NCBI GenBank assembly: GCA_964016885.1
Contig: OZ024749.1
Coordinates: forward strand, 45,818,001-45,882,000
Direction: 5' to 3'
DNA length: 64,000 bases
Origin: Eledone cirrhosa
Lineage: Eukaryota
This document shows positions 57,634-64,000 of the stretch, one piece after another. Position numbers and translations under genes: made by a program. Within the stretch, counting starts at the first letter, position 1, and each line of letters opens with the position of its first letter. The notes under the pieces were generated by a model. The model was not told the origin of the DNA. It did no database searches and saw only the letters and a program-made list of their open reading frames with translations.

Positions 57634-59787
57634 TAACTTGAATCGTCATTGTGAGGAGATTGTTATTATTGTTTATCTAACTTGTTCTGATTATAGTACT
57701 CACACATTAAAGCACTTCCATAATTACACATTCAACGTTTGCCATATTCGTCTTCCCTCAATAGTAGTGGTCGCTGTTATTTATGCCGGCAAATATTGTA
57801 TTTAAAACGAGATTAATTTAAAATTAAAAAAAATACACCAATTATATCTTAACTCTACGAAAGATATAAAAGTTAAAACAATATTAGCACTGAAAGACAT
57901 CTGCGTACACAATTATTGTTTCGTTTTCCGATAATTGTTAATTCCAACTATATCTAGTAGTACGTAAATTCTTGCTAGAGGTGCAAACAATAACAACATA
58001 TAAAATAGATCAGCGAGAACGAATAAATATACTATTTTAATTAATTAGGTGACATGAGAATTATTGACCGCCGTTACCAAAATTGCACGTACTGTAAAGT
58101 TCAATCTCACTAGTTTGACATGAAACACTGACATATATTCAATAGTGTAACAAATTATCCTTCAATCGTGGCTTCACGCAAATGTATGTATTGAATTCTT
58201 GTACAATTGCGAAATTTCATAGATTTCTTAAAAGTCTGTGTAGCTGGTATACTAGGTTCTCTATAAAGTTTCCAACAATACGTAAAGTCCATTGGAGCGC
58301 CCTTTCTTATTACTGGAAATTCTGTTTGTGTGGAATTGTTTTTTCATCAAATATGTTGAATTTCTAATATTTCTAGCATGGTATATTACTGTTCGTTTTC
58401 ATGATACATGGAGTATCATGACTCCACAAATACGTGGCACAAGTAGCAATATTTACAGGTCGATTCTGCCTGAAGGGTCCAGCCAGCGATTCACTAACAC
58501 TAGGTAGAAAACAGGTCCAATCATGATGGTTTTAATCCTGAAATCACCTTTAGCTTGTACGTTTCACTTTCGTCATTCTCTAAGAAAATGAAAAGTGGGT
58601 CCTGACAATGATTTCTTTAAGGTTTCAGCCAGTATTCTTTAGGATATGAAGTGCTTGTCGAAATCAGAGTAAAAGCATCCTACTCAAGTTTGTCTAAGCG
58701 TATGTTCTTACATCTAGTGAGAAATAAGTTGGACTGCATTAATGTAGTAATGGTACATCCAAACTATGTCCGGAAAACGGAAAATAACATGAACAAAAGG
58801 ACAATGTATATGAGGAACCACTATGGGGAAAAACACAGACGAAAATATTCTATGCACAATGGTCATTCTTCCTAAAATGAATGAAATATGTGGGACAAAA
58901 TGTTACATTCAAAGCAGTCAAACCAAAAACAGCATGGTTAATGAAGAACGGAAATGGAAGGGCGGAAGTTTATGGGATGATGTTTTGCAGCCAAAAGCAT
59001 GGGGGCGGAAGGCAATACTTGAAGGGTCTAATGAGTTGGGTAATTGTGAGTGTTCATGCTATATATGTGTGTGTTTTTCTACGCACAAGTTATGATGCAT
59101 ACGTACACGCACGCATATATTCACACATATATACATGAACACAAATATAATGTATACACACAGCTTCTCGGATCCAATGATCTGCTAAAAAACTGATGTA
59201 TCAGAGATGCTTAGTCTACAACAAGCCTAAGTATAGTTGGGCCGTACCAGTTCTACCGTTTAAGGGAAAGATGTAGAACACTCACTAATCGCAGAAGGAC
59301 AATGAAGTTTCTACAATTAATTCATTCCCACAGCCATCTCACGCCATGTACATTGGCTTCGTAAGCACGTGTATGTATAAATGACATTGACCATATATTA
59401 ATGATGCTATATTATGCGTTATATTTTTTATATATCGTCCGATACATTTATCTGATATCTGCTCAGGAAAACTCAATAAACCTCATTCGAATCGTAGTTA
59501 CTTTTTTCGATTTTCCCCGACAATTTAGAATCTCTCCAAGGACTCATTCGTACTTTGTTCAGTCTATCTCTTACACATTGACCCATACGATTCGGAACTC
59601 GCTTATGAGTTTAGACACATTCCTTTCAATAATACTGTGTTTATATATGACGTTTTCCAATTCCATTTTTAGTTTTTTCCGTAATGATGTAATTACTAAA
59701 GTCTAAATATCTCTCTCCCTGTTTATTTCTCTCCCTCTTTCTCTCTTTCTGCCCCCCCCCCCCTCTATATATACATATATATATATA

Positions 59788-59897
<110 letters not shown>

Positions 59898-60063
59898 CAT
59901 ATATATATATACATATATATGTATACATATATATATATACATATATATGTATACATATATATAAATACACAAAGACACACACACACATATATATATGTGT
60001 GTGTGTGTGTTTGTGCATTTATATATATAAATACACAAACACACAAACACACACACACACATA

Positions 60064-60143
<80 letters not shown>

Positions 60144-60234
60144 TATATATATAAATATATACATTTATATGTTAAGTATTTCCGTAGAAAAGGTATGGGA
60201 GAGAAGAGTGTTCAATGTATAGTACAGAGCTCTT

Positions 60235-60286
<52 letters not shown>

Positions 60287-60710
60287 GCACTGATATTTAA
60301 TTATACATAGTTTTTATTCTCTACCACCGGGCTCTCTGCCCCACTCTCAATTGTCATTCTTGGCATCCCCACACTTCCTTACGTCTTCCTGTCACTGGGT
60401 TTTCAATCTGTTTGCAGACTAATTCACCCTCCTTTGTCATTAACCATTCAATTGGAACTGAAAAATACTCGTCCCCCCCCCCCATTTTGTCATGTGTATA
60501 TATCCGATTTTTTTCCGATATTCTGTATTATATTTATATCTGAGTATTTGTATCTAGTTTATATATTGTTTATCTCCAAACCCAACCTTTCAGCCAGTGT
60601 GGCCACCCTCACCATCATTTTTTGTTTCATTCATTTCATTCTTCCTCTCATGATGGACGTATATGCATGTTTATTGGTTTGTTTATTATGCGCATCTACG
60701 TGTATGAATG

Positions 60711-60803
<93 letters not shown>

Positions 60804-60814
60804 TTATATATATA

Positions 60815-61061
60815 CTGAAGTAAAAGATAAGTGGAAATATCAAAGAGTAAGAGTACTCAGTCCAAAGGCCGAGTTTAGTATAAATAATTACAACATTAAC
60901 ATAGACAGTTACTCAAGTTTCGTTGGGTTCTGGGCCCCAATTTCTTCAGCCTGTCATGAGAAAAATGGTTCTTGGTTTTACATTTTTATCATGAGAGGCT
61001 GAAGAAATTGGGGCCCAAAAACCAACAAGACTTGAGTACCTGATTATGTCACTTTTGTAAT
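60815..61061. mobile_element. Head-to-head element, family L: arms approx. 60885-60967 and 60981-61061, left-arm tail to 60815
   Basis: Inverted repeat (gggccccaatttcttcagcct / aggctgaagaaattggggccc). (TA)n on both sides. Confidence 0.9.
60904..60955 (-). ncRNA. Type I hammerhead ribozyme
   Basis: gacagg CTGAAGA [aattggg gcccagaa cccaac] GAAA cttgag TA | actgtc. The mirror arm has CTGAAGA at 60999 and TA|cctg but GAAA mutated. Confidence 0.65.
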
Positions 61062-61915
61062 TATATATATATATATATATGTATATATATGTGTGTGTGT
61101 ATGTGTGTGTGTGTTTGTGTGTGCGTGTGTGTGTGTTTGTTTGTATGCATCACAAAATTCAAGGCATGTGTGTGTAAGTGTAAGTGCCTTTGCGTTCCAT
61201 TTAAAAGTCAATCAACTGAAATCTTTAGGCAGAATCTTCGAAATATTAATAAAAGCGAACTTAGAATTTCAAATATCATATAACATAATCGTCATACAGA
61301 AGCTATAGTGAATACGGTAGCATATTATTCAATTATTCTTGAATTGCGAATGGATATATAGGATCACCTATATATATATATTCGTGAAACTCTTAGAAGT
61401 GAGAGAAGATAATCCCCAGCAATTTAATAAATAATTGCAATCATTTTTTCTATAGATTAATTTTACTCATATTTCTATACCTAAACATACATAAACAAAT
61501 ATGATCTCCCTATCTCTCCTCACTCCCGACCCCGCGCTCTCTCCTGCCGCCCCCTCTTTCTCTCATATACATACACACATATACACTTATTCTCACATCC
61601 ATAAACGCACACATACATCTATATGATATTATGTATATAGGCGTATGTGAAATAACGTTTTCAGATTTTGAAAGTATATTTGCATATATATCTCTTTGTA
61701 TTTTGATCAGTTTCCCTAGCAATATTTCACTAACCTCCTCATATCTAGGCTGATACTTGCACAATGCAGAGACAAACACATACACGCATGCATATACGCA
61801 TACGCACACACATGCTTACTAACTGTCACATACACACACGACGGGGACACACATGTCCACATATATATATATTTAAATATACACAGGCACACACTCACAT
61901 TTTATATATATATAT

Positions 61916-61991
<76 letters not shown>

Positions 61992-62052
61992 ACATATATA
62001 TAATAATATATATGTATACATATAAATATTTATATATATATATTTATATATT

Positions 62053-62084
<32 letters not shown>

Positions 62085-62636
62085 AATATATTTATATTTA
62101 TATATATAAATATATAAATATATAAATATATATAAATATTTATATGTATACATCTATATTATTATATATATTTCTAACACACATATATCATATATAAATA
62201 AATCTATATATACTTGCATATGTGTATGTCCATATATGTGTATATTTATGCTTATTTGTGTCTAAGGACAAATATTGTAATGCATTAGCTTATTCCCTGG
62301 CTCTTCTCCATCAAATCTATGTCGATAACACTTCAAGACGATATCCGTTGTTTCACATTAGGCCGTTTTAATGCATTTGCTTCTAAGAGCTCTTTTGCAT
62401 TCTGTTTTTTGTAATAAATGTCTTCCATTTATATTTTATCTTATTTTATTTCTTGTTGTTGTTGTTGATGATGACCGGGTCCTTTTCAGCGCATCATTGG
62501 ATCCGATTGCATTTTTACAGCATAGCAACACGGATGTATATTTATACACACATTTAACGTAGCAATCACAACATTATATGCAATAATGATTACACATCTA
62601 AACTCACATGCATATGCACTCGTATATATATGTATG

Positions 62637-62672
<36 letters not shown>

Positions 62673-62729
62673 TATACATATGCATATCTATTTATGTATA
62701 TATATATATATATAAGTACATACGTATAC

Positions 62730-62787
<58 letters not shown>

Positions 62788-63007
62788 TACAGAGTGGGAG
62801 AGAGACAGAATGAAACTGACGGTCTGGCAGACAGACATAAATACATACAAACTGAAGTTACATTTGCATTGAACTTCAAATACATTAGGGCAACATATTA
62901 TAAATTTATACCTATATATATATATATATATATTTATTTATATATACACAGGCACACACACAAACACACAAACATACACACACACACACACACGCACACA
63001 CACACAT

Positions 63008-63241
<234 letters not shown>

Positions 63242-63313
63242 GCGATGTGTCTACGAATAAACATTTGAAAAGCCCTTTAGTTTGCGGTTTCAAGCAGAGT
63301 CAGCAGAGGATAA

Positions 63314-63352
63314 CTGTCAGCGCATTTCTGGCTTAGGGCTTCATCAGGACAG
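63314..63352 (-). ncRNA. Degenerate minimal hammerhead ribozyme
   Basis: ctgtc CTGATGA agccctaagcca GAAA tgcg CT gacag. Stem I is a perfect 5 bp; stem II and the cleavage site are damaged. Lies ~70 nt upstream of (TA)n. Confidence 0.55.
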
Positions 63353-63772
63353 AGCTTCCGCTGCCCTGCTCTTGTACAGAAAAACTTAGAACTTTATATA
63401 AAACTATTTGGCGAGCATATATTTTCCTATATAGCTCTCTATATGGCAATAAATAAGACGCGATTACGCAACCACCAACACGATGTCATCAGACAACATC
63501 TTAGGCAATACGATTGTCATGTTGTACAAGCAACATACACAATTGTCAGGGGAACGGATAAATGTTATCTGCATATTATTGAAGAAGAGAAGAAAAATGA
63601 CGCCACGAATGGTTAGTTCCCGAAGCATAAGAATGATTTGACATAATTACAATATGGGGGAGGTAGACAGAAAGCTAGATATATATACTTCGAACTGAAG
63701 AAAGAAATAGCGAAATATATATAGATATGAGCAAATAATTGACCCGCAGAGAGTGAGGTGGTATATATACAG

Positions 63773-63822
<50 letters not shown>

Positions 63823-63835
63823 GTGGTATATATAC

Positions 63836-63950
<115 letters not shown>

Positions 63951-63951
63951 T

Positions 63952-64000
<49 letters not shown>

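Noticed and set aside
58182-59138. Cluster of short non-repetitive ORFs
   Set aside because: No recognisable domain, overlapping frames, and no supportable splice structure.

Overview
Very AT-rich, microsatellite-saturated eukaryotic intergenic or intronic DNA. The SINE families and repeat landscape suggest an octopod cephalopod (inference). No host protein-coding gene can be supported: almost all ORFs in the track are translations of (TA)n, (CA)n, (GA)n or trinucleotide repeats. Recognisable content: about 15 copies of a ~180-bp tRNA-derived SINE, one 5'-truncated RTE-type LINE, an intron-containing tRNA-Tyr pseudogene and several decayed Penelope-like (PLE) protein fragments. The main signal is a set of at least 7-8 unrelated short elements (100-900 bp) embedded in or beside (TA)n tracts that share one architecture. 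Two 5'-truncated copies of the same 3' terminus are joined head-to-head with both 3' ends pointing outward; one arm ends early at an internal TA-like motif and the other carries an extra 40-100 nt tail. Most arms carry a type I hammerhead ribozyme (CUGANGA...GAAA, self-complementary stem III, NUH site), often with an unusually long stem II. In one case the palindrome axis falls on the ribozyme cleavage site predicted from a homologous copy. All folding and alignment was done by eye; no database search was run.
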